Shown here: positions 24,301-35,831 of the stretch, piece by piece
Layout: every line of letters begins with the position of its first letter
How positions within the stretch are numbered: the stretch's first letter is position 1
DNA from: Lama guanicoe
Taxonomy: Eukaryota
Reading direction: 5' to 3'
Length of the DNA: 64,000 nucleotides
Assembly (NCBI GenBank): GCA_013239625.1
Contig: MU054117.1
Span: 498,001-562,000 of the forward strand
Notes under the pieces: model-generated
What the model saw: the letters and a program-made list of their open reading frames with translations, nothing else
Told to the model about the DNA's origin: nothing
Database searches by the model: none
Translations under genes and position numbers: made by a program

Positions 24301-27300
24301 GAAGAAAGGTCAAGGAGAAAGAAATGGGAAAAGATCAGGCAGAGTCCAAAAATACCCCAAATGTCAAAATATGAAAAAAGTCGCTGACTAGTCCTTGCAT
24401 TTTCACCCGAAGCAAAGGGCGACAGGGTCTTTGCAGACTTCAGCTGGAGGGGCGTGGGCTCCAGCTGGCGGAGGCATCCCGGGAGGGGCCGGTGGGTCAG
24501 GCACTGCTCAGGGTGGGTCCTTCCAGACCCTCTGGTCTCTGAGGACTTCCCAGAGGAGTCTGGGGGAGCCAGGGGGTGGGCTGTTGTGTGAGAGGCAGCT
24601 TAGGGGGGCTCACAAGAGTGTGATGTGTTAGTTTTTTGTTTTGTTTTGTTCTTTAGAAATATTAGATTTATTTCTGTTCACTACGCAGACCAGACCTTTT
24701 TTTTGCACGGAGGTATCAGGGATTGAACCCAGGACCTTGTGCAAGCTAAGCATGCTCTCTACTGTTAAAGCTATACCCTCCCCTGGGTTAAAGGTTTTCA
24801 GCGTCCTTTGGGTAGAGCTCTCCTCGCCCTGCATGCAGGGGAGCGCAGCCTCCCACCCAGCATGTCTCTGGTTCGTGGATTATCTCGAGCCAAAACAGTC
24901 AGGGCCTGAGAGACCAGGAAGAGCCTTGACCTTCACCACAAGTGCCCAGAAGAATCGAGGCTGGGGCCTGCTCCGTGAGGGGTGCCTTTAGCAGAGCTGT
25001 CCTCCAAATGTGGCCTGGGGTGAGGGGGCAGCAGGGCCTGGGCCTGGAGACCTGAGTCCTCCCTGAGCCCCGCTGTCCCAGAGAACATTTGTTGACCAAA
25101 CATTTGCTTTTTATCTCCTTGTGAACTGCCTTCCTCCCCTTTGAAGTCTCAGACCTCCCGCCTCAACGTCCCCTTTAGTCTTTAGCTGAAGATGGTGTTG
25201 AAGGTGGGGGCGGCGGCCGCCTCGGTCAGTCTCAGTTTTCCTGGGTCTCTCCCGCGCAGAGGTGTTATTAAACGTTTGCTTGCTTGGTTTTCTCCTGTTC
25301 ATGTCTCAGGTCAATTTAATTCTTAGACCAGCCAGAAGGACCTAGAACTAGAAGGGAGAGGAAGATTTCTGCCTCCCCAACGACTGGGGCAGGCGGCTGG
25401 ATCCAGCTTTACTGGCTGGTCCTCCTGGCCCCGAAGCCACTGCAGCTCAGGGGTCCTGGGACAGCGGAAGGCGAGAGTCCTTGTTTACTGCATCAGTCAG
25501 TCTCCCTGATCTCTGCCTGCTGGGTCTGCTGGAAACTGGAGGGCTGGGAGTCCTTTTTCTCTTTTCTAAAATTGGATTAGCAGGACAGAATATTTGTGGA
25601 GCTGGTTCTGTGGCCTTAGGGTCCACAGTTGGTAAACCGGATAGAGAATGCTTGGCCCGCTGGGCCTTGCCTCCCAGAGATGCCACTAATCTTTGTGTCA
25701 TAAGGACGAAAACCAGCAGCCTCATTGCTTCTCCTTCCGTCCTGTTCTGTGTCTTGAGAGCTTGGCTATCGACCAGTGAGGACACTCGCTCTGGTCTCTG
25801 TCATCTGGGAGGTGCAAGTACCAGTGCTTTCGCAGCCAGTCTAGACTAGAGCCGGTTGGACTGGGGCTCCGGGCTGTGGCCGGCGGGTCAGAGGCACAGG
25901 TGACAGCCTGGACTTGCACCTGGCACTCTGTCCAGCTCCGCCGGCTCTCAGGAGAGTTAGTCACCAGGGGTCCCCATCCACCAGGGGGCTGTCATCCCAG
26001 CCTTCACCTGTGAGTGAATGCCCTTAGACCATCCTTGAGAGGGAACATTCTGGATCTGGTGAGGCTGCGTCCTTTGCACTCTCCGGGGACACCTCCTTTG
26101 TCCGTGTTTCAGCCATAAAGAAAGCCTTGTTGGTTTGAGTCGCTATTAAGATGAAGGGCCAGAGGATGGATCCTCTGAACCGGAAAAACTTCAAAATTGG
26201 TAACTTTTTCAGACAGCTCTCATTGTAAACACCTGTTTTATTGGTGCCAATGTTAAAGTCAAACTAAAGGTGGATTCAAAGCAAGGGAACCTTAACTCAA
26301 ACACACACAATGGCTGGGGGGATTTGTGGTCTGTCTTCCCCTCCTGGGTCTTACAGACGCTAATGGAAAACATTCAGTTAATTAACAAGGGAGCCGGAGG
26401 AAGGGAAAAGTCAGGGAACCTTTTCCAACAAGGGGAACGTTTCTCAAGCATCAGTAAGGGAAGCTGCAGGACTTGTCCCAGCAGGGTGGAAATCTTGAGA
26501 TGGTTATTAAATGGTCTGAATAAAACGGACATTGATGGCGTTAAAACAAAGGTTCTGATACAGTACTGCCTAAGGTTGGGTGGGCCACAGGGACCCCTAC
26601 TGGCTCCTGGCAACATAAAAGGGCCCCAAACAAGTCCCTTCTATTTATTCCAGTTTGGAGAAATTTAAAGGCCAGAAGGTAGGGGTTACACTGAGTAACC
26701 CCACCAGCAATTGCCTGGGGCAACAGTCAGGCTGATTAACGAGTTAAAGATTGATGGAAAGGCCTGGGTCCCTTGGCTGGACCCCTCGCTGGGGACCCAA
26801 GGCCTTTTGCAGAGGAGTGGGTCAAATGGCTGGGGTGGACCCCTTGGTGCGGGAGCCCCATGAGCTGTGGCGCCAACACCCATACACAGGTGGAGCTGGC
26901 CTTGGGCTACAGTTGAGAAAGAGCTGATTGGATTACAGAGGTTGGACTGTTTGCGTGGGTGTTATCTGACGAGGCTACGCACTGTTGCCTGCGTGTTTCA
27001 TGGGAGTGGATGTTATGTCCAGCTGAGAACACTCCCCCTGCGCTACCCACATTGGTCTGACTATTGGTCCAAATTCTCGAGTGCTCCAAGGCCTTGGTGA
27101 CCGACTGTGAGTCCGTGGCAGGGCCCACAGGGTGGCAGTATTTGGTTGTTATCATATTCTGTAGTCTTTACAAGCTGAGAAATTTTACTGTCTGTACATC
27201 CAAAAGTAACAGGGCTCCAGAGGACTGACACACATTGACCAGATTTATGAGAGACAGTTGTACAAACAAGAAAGTCAGGATGCAGTTTTCAGATAAAATA

Positions 27301-30300
27301 ATCAGTCAGACCAGGCACCTGTGCTTCCTGATGAGTAAATTTTCTCTTGAAGGCAAAGCCTATCTTCTCCTGAAGCCAGATTATAGCCAGAGAGGCCTTG
27401 GGGAACCAGAGCCCTGCCGAGGTTCTACAGGAGTCCTTAACCTTGGAAAATCTGCTAAAGGCTACCACCCTTTCCCCAGGGGAAAGAAGTACCAGAATAA
27501 ATTGATGACCAAAGATTACACATCTATGAAATGCTTCTGCAAACCACGCCATATACAGCAACTCCAGTATGTTTGGATTCGGAGTCTGATACGTTTTAAA
27601 ATCCTGGTTGAGACCCTAGACCAACTCCAGCGTGACTTACAGGGTTGGAGGGCCCTGTCCTGGAGGACGCTCCTCTCCCCTCCCCGAGAACCAGCCATTC
27701 CCTGCTTGAGTCAGGGCCTCTCTTTCCACCTCAGACGACGCTGCCGGGGTCCCGGGTTCTGCCTCTCCTTGCTCTGCGTCCTGGACTGACGCCCTCGTCC
27801 TTGGACGTGCTAACACCTCCTCAAGGTGGGCCCAGGGGAGGGTGTGCCTCTCCCCCAGGATCCGATGCCCTTTGCGGGCTTAACACAGAGCACAGACGTG
27901 CATTTCTGAGTTCTTGGGCAGAGGGAGCGGGTCTGACCTTTGCCCCTCAGTGCTTCATCGGTTTTGCGAGCAGAGTGACTAAGGGCACAAATTAAAAGCA
28001 AAGACAGGGTCCATCCACCTTCTGTTAAGAGAAGACTCTCAGTTAGAGGTGAGCTGGCGCCGGCCCGGCCTGTGGAGGGCGGAGGGCAGGGCGTTTCCCG
28101 GAGCCACCATTCCCGGGTTTGGCCTGGAAGCCCCTCCTCTCCCCCAGCCTGGGCCCCGCCCCATCCTCGCCCGCGTCGGGCTCAGGCCCGCCTCACCCCC
28201 GTCCTGGGACCGCGTTCCTCCTCCCGAATCCCGGTCCTTCTAGCACCTTTGCGTTGTCCCCACAGGGCAGGGGCGGCCCCGGCTAGACAGTGAGCCCTTT
28301 CAGAGTGGCCGGTGTCCTCCAGGGCTCCAGGAGTGACAGTCACGCCTGTGGACGGTGGGTGCACAGGTGAACAATTCGGAGCTGCGGTCGGGACCCGACT
28401 GCCCGGGACTCCCAGTCTGGGGTCCCGGGTTGGGCCCGGAAGCTGCCGAGTTGCACCCGCTCCCCACCGCCGCCGGCCGCGGTTCTGATGCCCCAGACCA
28501 CGCTGTGAGAAAGGCCTTTTCAAAGCGCTTTGTCGCATTTGGGCCTCACGACCTGCGTTTTACAGACGAGGGAGCAGGGGCGCGGGAGGCCAAGGAGCCT
28601 GGCCGGGGCCACGCGGGCAGGGGCTCCCGGGCCTGGGGGTCGCTTCCTGCCGGCACTTCGTGCCCGCGGTCTCGGCCCTGCGGCTCCTTGCGGGGAGGGG
28701 CGGGAGCTTTGGGGGCGGCGAGGATGGAGGGGCGGAGAGCCTCCCCCGGCCCTGCTCGCCGCGCCTCGCGGGGGCGCGGCCCCGGGGCCCACCCCGGGTC
28801 TGCCCGGCCGCCTCTCCCCTCCCCACCCCCTCCGGCCCCCAGCCCGCCTTCCTGGAAGGGGGAGGGGGATGGGACTTGCCCGTTTGTTCTGGTCTGACCC
28901 TGGAACAAAGGCCTCCAGCCGCAGAGGGTCTTTGCCGCGCGCCCCCAAGAGCCGGAGCCGGGGAGCCACCGGCACATGAACAACTAAAGCGTCTGCCCTG
29001 GAATTCTTTTCTGAGCCCGCGGCCTCCCCCCCGCCCTGCTTGCGGGGCTAATTCAGGGCCTGGGATGGTGTTGATGGACTATCCTGGCTGCCCTGCCTCC
29101 TATTGTGTCACTAACGCTCCATCACAAAGGCCACTCGCCCTTAGCAACAGTTGCTGGGCGGGTCTTATCTCCTGGGCCCCATCCCTTCCCCCAGCCGGAA
29201 TCGGAGGCCGGGACTGGGTCGGGCCAGCCTGCAGGGTGGAGCTGCTCCGAGACCCCGGAGGATTATCCGCAGGGGCTCCCCAGCGGGCACTTCCCCGTGG
29301 GCGGCCTGGGGGGCGGGGGTGTGGACACATCGGGGGCAAAGGGAGCCCGTGATGCTGCTTCCCATCTCTTGGTAGCTGTCACTGGTGTGACAAGCAGTCC
29401 TCCTGCTCCCCCACCCCTACGCTTTTTTCCTGGATTCTTCGTTAAAAATTCCACCTGGCTGTTTGCAGCAGCGGCCGTGTTTCATGCCACTGTTGTCACT
29501 TTGCAGCGTCCTGACAGCAGCACTTGCCCAGCTACGTTGGGCTGTAATTGTGTCGTTGGCAAGTCTGTGAAGTCGACAAAAAAAGGCGCTCTTCAGCCCA
29601 GTGTGCATTATATGTGAGAATCACCTGGGGAAGTTGAAAAACGGGCCCTACCCCGGGGATGCTGACTTAATTAGTCTGCCCAGGTGTAAGCTCAGTGCAC
29701 CTCCACCCCCCTCTCCAGCCAGGGAGAGGGCTGAGGTTCGTACCCCTTTGAAGCCTCAAGTCCTCCTTTGTAAAATGAGACCTACCTAGCAGTGCAGTTT
29801 TGAGGATTAAATGAGATTGATAGAAAGCGTTTGCTTGTTAAGTGACTAAAGCTGGAGTGGTGAGAGCTAATTGCACCGGGAGTCGGAACTTCTGAGTCCC
29901 AGCTTCTAACTGTGACCTTCAGCCGCTGTGCCCCAGACTTCCCTTTTGTTCCTTCCAGCTTCAAAATTCTATAATTCCATGATCTCTTAGACAACAGGAG
30001 TTACATTGGCTTATGAAAGTGGCATGCAGTTTGAGTAACTTGTCCACAAATTTACGGTTACTCACACGACACGTGAAAACTGAGACGACCCAAGTTGAGT
30101 CTGCTGTGTTTTTAATTCGAGGGAGCTTGTTGCAGGGACAGAGCAGCGTTTGTGCCCTGAGTCTTCCATGACCCCCAGGCGCCCGTCGGTGCCTACAGCC
30201 GGCCCCGGTCTGACTTACTGACTCGTCTTCCCAGGAGGGCTGCAGATCTGAGTTGTCCTCCCACGTCTGGTGATAGGTTGGCAATGACAACACTATTATT

Positions 30301-33300
30301 ACTAGTCGCCATTTCTAAGTGCTTTACAGATGTTAACTCAGTTTGATCCTTGCAACGACCCTATGAGGTATGATTGCTTTGAGATAAATTGTATCTCACT
30401 GGGGCCTGAACCCCCACAGCTGACCGGAACCCCAGACCAGCTGAGAACTTTCCTCTGACACCTGGCTTCGGAGCCTGTTCTCCTACACGGGCTGTGAGGC
30501 TGTGAGGCTGTGAGGGGTGCGGGTCTCACCTCATGGCAGGTCTCCTGCTCCTGGGCTCCTGCAAGTGGGGGACTCTTGAGCATTCAGATTCCATCCTAGG
30601 TGCTCCCCTTAGGAATGCAGTGTCCTAGCCAGGAGCTCAGGGCCTGGGCAGCCCCAGTGGTGACTCACTGGTTGCCTGGAGACCAGGAAAACCTCTGGAG
30701 GTGGCTTCAGCCCCAGGAGGTTCTGTCCTCCGAGCCCTGGGAGCTGGCAGTGGGATGGGAACCCCGAAAGCAGGGCCCCAGCTTCTCCAGTGACAGCATC
30801 CATGGAGGGAACCGCTGCCGCGGGCCAGCCCCTCAGACCTTGGTTGCGGTTGCATCTTTTGCATGTCTGTGCATGCTCTCGATTAACCTGCCCGGGGTCT
30901 TCTTTTAGCCAGAACTGTCAGTTGTTGATATATTTTTAAGGTTCCTCTTTTGTCTCCCTTCTGTTCTGTGAGCACTGCTCCGCTGCCCCCTCCGACACCC
31001 GTCTGTGCCCTGAAACACGCCGCCCGGGGCTTAGCACGTTTAAGACTGCAGGTGGACGGCACCTGTCTTGAGGCTTATTTATGGAGCTCCCACTCTGGTC
31101 CTGTGAGAGGGGAGGTGGGACGATCAAACTGCGCGGACACACCCTCGGAGGTTGAGGAGTCTGGGCAGGTGACTCAGTAGTGACAGAGCAGTCAGGGCGC
31201 TGGGCAGACTTCTGTTCTTCCCTTCTGCAAATCGTTTGGGTAATGCCAACATGACTTCAAGGAATAATTTTGGATTGAATTAATACAACGGTTCTCAAAC
31301 TTTCACACTCAAAAAATTTTGAGGATCCCAAAGAGCTTTTGTTTATGTGGATTTTATCTACTGTATCCTGTATAATATAACCGGTACTAGAAATTAAAAC
31401 TGCGAAGTGTTTAAAACACAAGACTACACAAGCACACAAACTTATTTGTCAGAGCAATATTGTCATATATGATGCAGATTCTGGAAAATTCTGTATACTC
31501 ATGAGAGAGGGAGAGTGAAAAAAACAAATAACATCTCAAAATTTCTAAGAAGAGAGTTTTGAATTTGTAGATAGCCTGCAAAAGTCTAGGGGACCCTCGG
31601 GGGTTCCCTGGCCATGCTTCGAGACCTGCTGTGGTACAGCATCAAAGATTTGAACATTCTTAGGGTGCCTTGATCAGTGACAGGAAAAGCTCTTTTATAG
31701 AGTCCTGGGTAAAGTAGGAAAGGAAAGAAGTAACTTTTCCTTTACCCTCTTAGGTTCTGTTCTTGGAGCCTGCAAATTAAACCGACAATAGCCACAGTAA
31801 CGGGAGAAAAGGCATATAAATTTTATTTGCTGTTGACGTTTAATTATGTGTGTGGAGGCCTTCATGGAAAAGAAGACCCAAAGAAGTGGGTAGACCAGGT
31901 TTTATGTACTGTTTTAACAAATGGTGATAAACAGTGGAGAATTGACAGGACACAGGAAAATGGGTTTGAGCTTCCAGGAGCAGTAAATTGGGGGAAGATG
32001 AGTGTGTGGGGGAAACTAACCGAAGGTGAGGGTTACTTTAAGGAGGTTCGTCCGTTCAGACCTGTCTTGGTGCCCAGCTTCCGTCTCCAGCGATCAGGGC
32101 CGTTCTCCTGGAAGGGGGACGCTGTCACCAACAGAAATACATGTCCTGCTTTCGGGCAGACAGGAGGAGGCGCGGAATTCCGTCTGCACTTGCGCTTCTC
32201 CATTGCCTTCAGCTCGAAATAATCCTTATGCAAAGTGGCAGATTTGGGGTAGCACATTCTGACCCCCTGGCAGGACCCCAGAGGTGGACGAGCAAAATGG
32301 CTGCCCCCCCATGTGTTCCCTCTGTCTCTCCTGCTGCACACCCCTGGCTCTTCCCACTCTGCCTGACCATGTCATTCTTGGCGTCCCTCCTAGTGGCTCT
32401 GGCCACCTCAGGGGCCTGCCTTGGGGGCCAGGAAGTGGACTCTTGGACCACTCTTTCTGGCTTGCATCCTCTCCTCCGCTGGCCTGTTCCTCGTTTGCTG
32501 CACACATATTTACTGAGCACTGACCACAAGCCAGGCACCACTCCAGATGCAAGCAACCCAGCCATGAATGAGAGGGAGACGTCCAAGCCCGTTGGCACCA
32601 GGGAGCATCACCCCAGGCGGGGCTGGGCCTTCTGATCAACCTCAGAGGCCGTGGAAGGCATTGATGGAAGCAACTGCAAAGTCCATCCTGGTCTGGGAGA
32701 TGGTCGGCAGCTGGGGACGGAGGTCCGCTCTGCTCAGCTCTGAGTTTGGTTAGACCACACTTCTCTCCCAGGTGTACGAACTGAATGGGACGGTTCACAG
32801 CCTAGAGTGGTCGGTGAGGACGTATGAGGAGGTGGCTCGAGTGTTTGCAGAAAAGCATCCTGGGTTCATCGGAATCAAACTCATTTACTCGGATCACCGG
32901 TAAGGCAGAGCATGGGTGAGGCTGGGTCGTGGGCAGAGCTGCTGGGCTGGGCGGGGACAGAGGAGGAGAAGGGGCCCGGAGCTGAGACCCCCGCACGCCC
33001 CAGTGCCACGGCTTTGTGTGCAGTGGTGGGAGTGCAGACTCCAGCCTGAAATCACTGCTGCTTCATGTCTTCACAGCTGGGCTGGAATGAAGGGCTTGGC
33101 AATTTTCCAGGTACTTCAGACTGTGGCCCCACATCAGCCTCAGCCTGGTGATCAGTTATGAGCTTAATGTTTTTGCCTGAATGTTCAGACAACTTCTTCG
33201 TTTCAGTCTGCGGCCAGGTTCTGCCTCGTGGCTGCACTGAGGGTCTGGGGGAGTGGCAGCTGGTTCCTTGGATCACAGCAGACACACCCTCATCGGCCCA

Positions 33301-35831
33301 CGTCTCCCTGTCTCTCCCGCAGATCCAAAAATGTGTCCTGCATCAAAAAATCGGTCCAAACGGCCATGAAACTTCGTGCCCAGTTCCCCAGGATGGTGGC
33401 TGGGTTTGATCTGGTAGCAGACTCTGTCCTACAGGGGCCCCGCGGGCAGCTGTCTGGGGCGGGCTGGGCAGCTCCACTGAGACCCTCACTAGGGGCTGCA
33501 GGAGTGTCTGGAAGCAGAGGAGGGGGCCAGGCCTAAACCCACCAGCGTTTGAGAGTGGCCCCTCCCCATCATCCAGACTTCTGAAGCTGCACATCGTGGG
33601 GTGGGGTCGCCCCCCCACCCCATCCAGTCACAGCCAGGCCACACTTCCCTGGGTGACAATTCAGTAACCTCACCAATGAATCCAGCTGCCTGGCCAAAGG
33701 GCACGCCTGAGCCCTCTCACAGAATCTGCACACATTCCAGCAGACTGGGCTTCAGCTCCTGCTCTTGGACCCACCTGGCTCCCAGGAGAGAGCATCTCAA
33801 GGAACTGTTTCTTTGGACCAGGATGTCCTTCTGGGCTCCCTGGGGGTTGCTCAAAGGATCCGCCTCTCCAGAAAAGAGACAGGAGTCGCTCCCACCCCCT
33901 TTCCCTCTGTGTGTGGTTCTGACAGTGGGCCGAGAAGGAGGGCGGACGGTGGTGGACCGGTCCATACAGGGACTCGGGCGCACAAGTTGCGGGGAGTGGG
34001 AGCTGGAGCGCTCAGAGGTCCACTCACAGGCCCCTGCATTCCTTCCCATCTGTCCTCCGTTCACTGCACTCAACACCCACGCTTGTTTGATCCTGAAAGT
34101 GCATCACTGGCCCCACTCTCTTCCCTTGAAAACTGGGAAATGGAAACTCTATGTCGCAAGGCTCCCTCCTGCCCAGCCCCGGGCGTGCAGCCTGCTTTAG
34201 AAAGCATGACTTTGGTGTAGTTGTTCTTCACGGAAGTGACTGCTGAGGGACTCTGCCCAGAGCTGCCAGGGCTGGGGGCCCAAGGTGATGGCGGCTGGAG
34301 TCCTTCTGGGGATCTGAGGCGCAGCCTCTGAGTCGGGGGGAGTTGTTTCGGGGCAACAACACACTGCACCCTCTCTTCTTCCCCAGGCCTGCTACTGGTC
34401 ACTCTTAAAAGGCTGTGTGACCGAGGCCTGGAGCGGTGGTGGTGGGTAGAGGGCTGTGGGCCCGGCGGCTCAGCTGGCACCCCAGTGACCCCTCCCCTGT
34501 CCTGCAGGTGGGGCGCGAGGACACGGGCCACTCGCTGTACTACTACAGGGAGGCTTTGATGATCCCAGCCTCGCGCGGCGTGAAACTGCCTTACTTCTTC
34601 CACGCCGGAGAGACAGGTGAGCCTGGGGCACCGTCAGGGGTGGGGGGGGGTGACGGACAGGGCCCTCGGCGTCCCTCTGTGGGTCACATCCATCCTGCTC
34701 AAGACCACCCTTCTGTCCCCAGACTGGCAAGGAACTGCCGCAGATGGAAACCTTCTGGATGCCCTGCTACTGAACTCCACCAGGATCGGCCATGGGTTTG
34801 CCCTGAGCAAACACCCAGCCGTCTGGGCTGACTCCTGGAAGAAAGACATCCCCGTGGAGGTCTGCCCCATCTCCAACCAGGTGTGCAGGCCCAGGGACCA
34901 GTGCAGGGCGATCGCCCCCCACCCACGGCCCCTGCCTGGCTCCCAGATTTTCTCCTGGGTCATCTCTTGCTGCTTTCTGTACCCCTCCCCCACCTCACAT
35001 CCAGAGTCACAGAGGAAAAGCTTTGCCTAGACCACTCGTGGTCATGAGGGCCCCCAGGGGTGGACCTGTGGCGAAGCTGTGGACGAGCTAAAGGACACTG
35101 GGGGCACCACGGGGTCAGGGGACCACAGGTCCTGCTGTTGCACGGCCGCTTGGGGCTGTGTGCTCAAGAGAGCTGCTCAAAGCAGCACCAAACATCCCTG
35201 GTGAAAACTAGGGTGCGGGGACCTGGGGAGGCCTGCAAGTTGTCCCCTAGCGGACCCAGAAAGGCGCTGGTCACACCCTGGGTCTCACCTATCTCGTGAC
35301 GACCCTTCATGGATCTGCTTGTCTCTCCTTTGCCTCCGACTGGGCAGGTTCTGAAGCTGGTGTCCGACCTGAGAAACCACCCCGCTGCTGTCCTCATGGC
35401 CACTGGGTACCCCATGGTGATCAGCTCTGATGACCCTGCTGCCTTTGGGGCCAAAGGCTTGTCCCACGATTTCTACGAGGCCTTCATGGGCATCGGCGGG
35501 GTGACGGCCGACCTGAGGACACTCAAACAGCTGGCCATGAACTCGCTCAAGTGAGTGTCCTGGGCGCTCCGTCTTTGGTTTGGGGCAGGAGCCTGGAGGG
35601 TTTCCGTGGTTCCTCTGGTTGTCTCTTACTCCACTGCTCTCGGGCTGGGACCGACGTGCTCTGCTCTGCCGGCATCTGAGACCCCTCCGGCCACCCACCC
35701 TGGGCTGACCTGCACGCCCCTCCTCCTGCAGGTACAGCGCCCTGTCGGAGGGTGAGAAGAAGGTTGCCATGGAAGCCTGGGAGGAGAGATGGCATAAGTT
35801 TGTGGCCGAGCTGGCCAGGGGCCCAGAGTGA
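21084..35831 (+). CDS. ADA2: Adenosine deaminase 2 (CECR1), 9 coding exons, 510 aa, secreted
   Basis: join(21084-21390,22292-22517,23626-23836,32772-32899,33323-33413,34508-34616,34723-34880,35348-35550,35732-35831) = 1533 nt, open, all introns GT-AG. N-terminal signal peptide; motifs LHVH, FHAGE, RIGHG, ISSDD. Exon sizes 211/128/91/109/158/203 match recalled human ADA2. Confidence 0.97.
22292..22517 (+). CDS. ADA2: ADA2 exon 3
   Basis: tttcag|[29 protein letters not shown]...NVTEFDQ; donor AG|gtgggt. Confidence 0.96.
23070..23354 (-). mobile_element. MaLR LTR (MLT1A-like)
   Basis: caccacagac..gcttaaacaa...tcacagctctgg...ggggacacaacccag..taaca. Confidence 0.7.
23626..23836 (+). CDS. ADA2: ADA2 exon 4
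   Basis: [12 protein letters not shown]...[14 protein letters not shown]; cagcag acceptor, CCG|gtgagc donor; 211 nt. Confidence 0.96.
23946..24171. repeat. Tandem duplication, period 119 bp, 107 bp identical
   Basis: 23946-24052 = 24065-24171. Confidence 0.92.
24626..24784 (-). mobile_element. vic-1-like SINE
   Basis: gggattgaacccaggacc...gctataccctcccc plus T-rich tail. Confidence 0.8.
25080..26340 (+). mobile_element. MER34-like ERV1 LTR 3' part (to about 25381) plus degenerate internal leader
   Basis: attaaa...ttttctcctgtt...ccagccagaaggacctagaa...ctccccaac followed by ERV-leader-like sequence. Confidence 0.6.
26700..27110 (+). mobile_element. Decayed ERV-L-like protease/pol remnant
   Basis: ttgcctgcgtgtttcatgggagtggatgttatgtccagc translates [13 protein letters not shown], similar to recalled ERVL PECIIGIDILSS. 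Confidence 0.45.
28050..29350. promoter_or_regulatory. Intronic CpG island in ADA2 (intron between coding exons at 23.8 kb and 32.8 kb)
   Basis: Dense CpG, GC boxes (ccccgccc, ggggcgg), G-runs. Confidence 0.75.
29740..30380. mobile_element. MIR fragments
   Basis: tgtaaaatg...gaggattaaatgag; gtgctttaca...tcctt.caacgaccctatgaggta. Confidence 0.5.
31285..31631. mobile_element. hAT-Charlie-type MITE
   Basis: caacggttctcaaac ... ttcgagacctgctg imperfect terminal inverted repeats; cccaaagagcttttgtttatgtgg core. Confidence 0.6.
31713..32272 (-). mobile_element. MER34-like solo LTR
   Basis: Reverse reads TG..GGGGTCAGAATGTGCTACCCCAAA...TTTGCATAAGGATTATTTCGAGCTGAAGGC. Confidence 0.75.
32772..32899 (+). 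CDS. ADA2: ADA2 exon 5
   Basis: ctcccag|[44 protein letters not shown]|gtaagg; 128 nt; translated by hand (absent from ORF track). Confidence 0.95.
33323..33413 (+). CDS. ADA2: ADA2 exon 6
   Basis: [30 protein letters not shown]; 91 nt; CTG|gtagca. Confidence 0.94.
34508..34616 (+). CDS. ADA2: ADA2 exon 7
   Basis: [36 protein letters not shown]; 109 nt. Confidence 0.96.
34723..34880 (+). CDS. ADA2: ADA2 exon 8
   Basis: [31 protein letters not shown]...VEVCPISNQ; 158 nt. Confidence 0.96.
35348..35550 (+). CDS. ADA2: ADA2 exon 9
   Basis: [12 protein letters not shown]...[20 protein letters not shown]...LAMNSL; 203 nt. Confidence 0.96.
35732..35831 (+). CDS. ADA2: ADA2 last coding exon
   Basis: [35 protein letters not shown] at 35829-35831. 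Confidence 0.95.
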
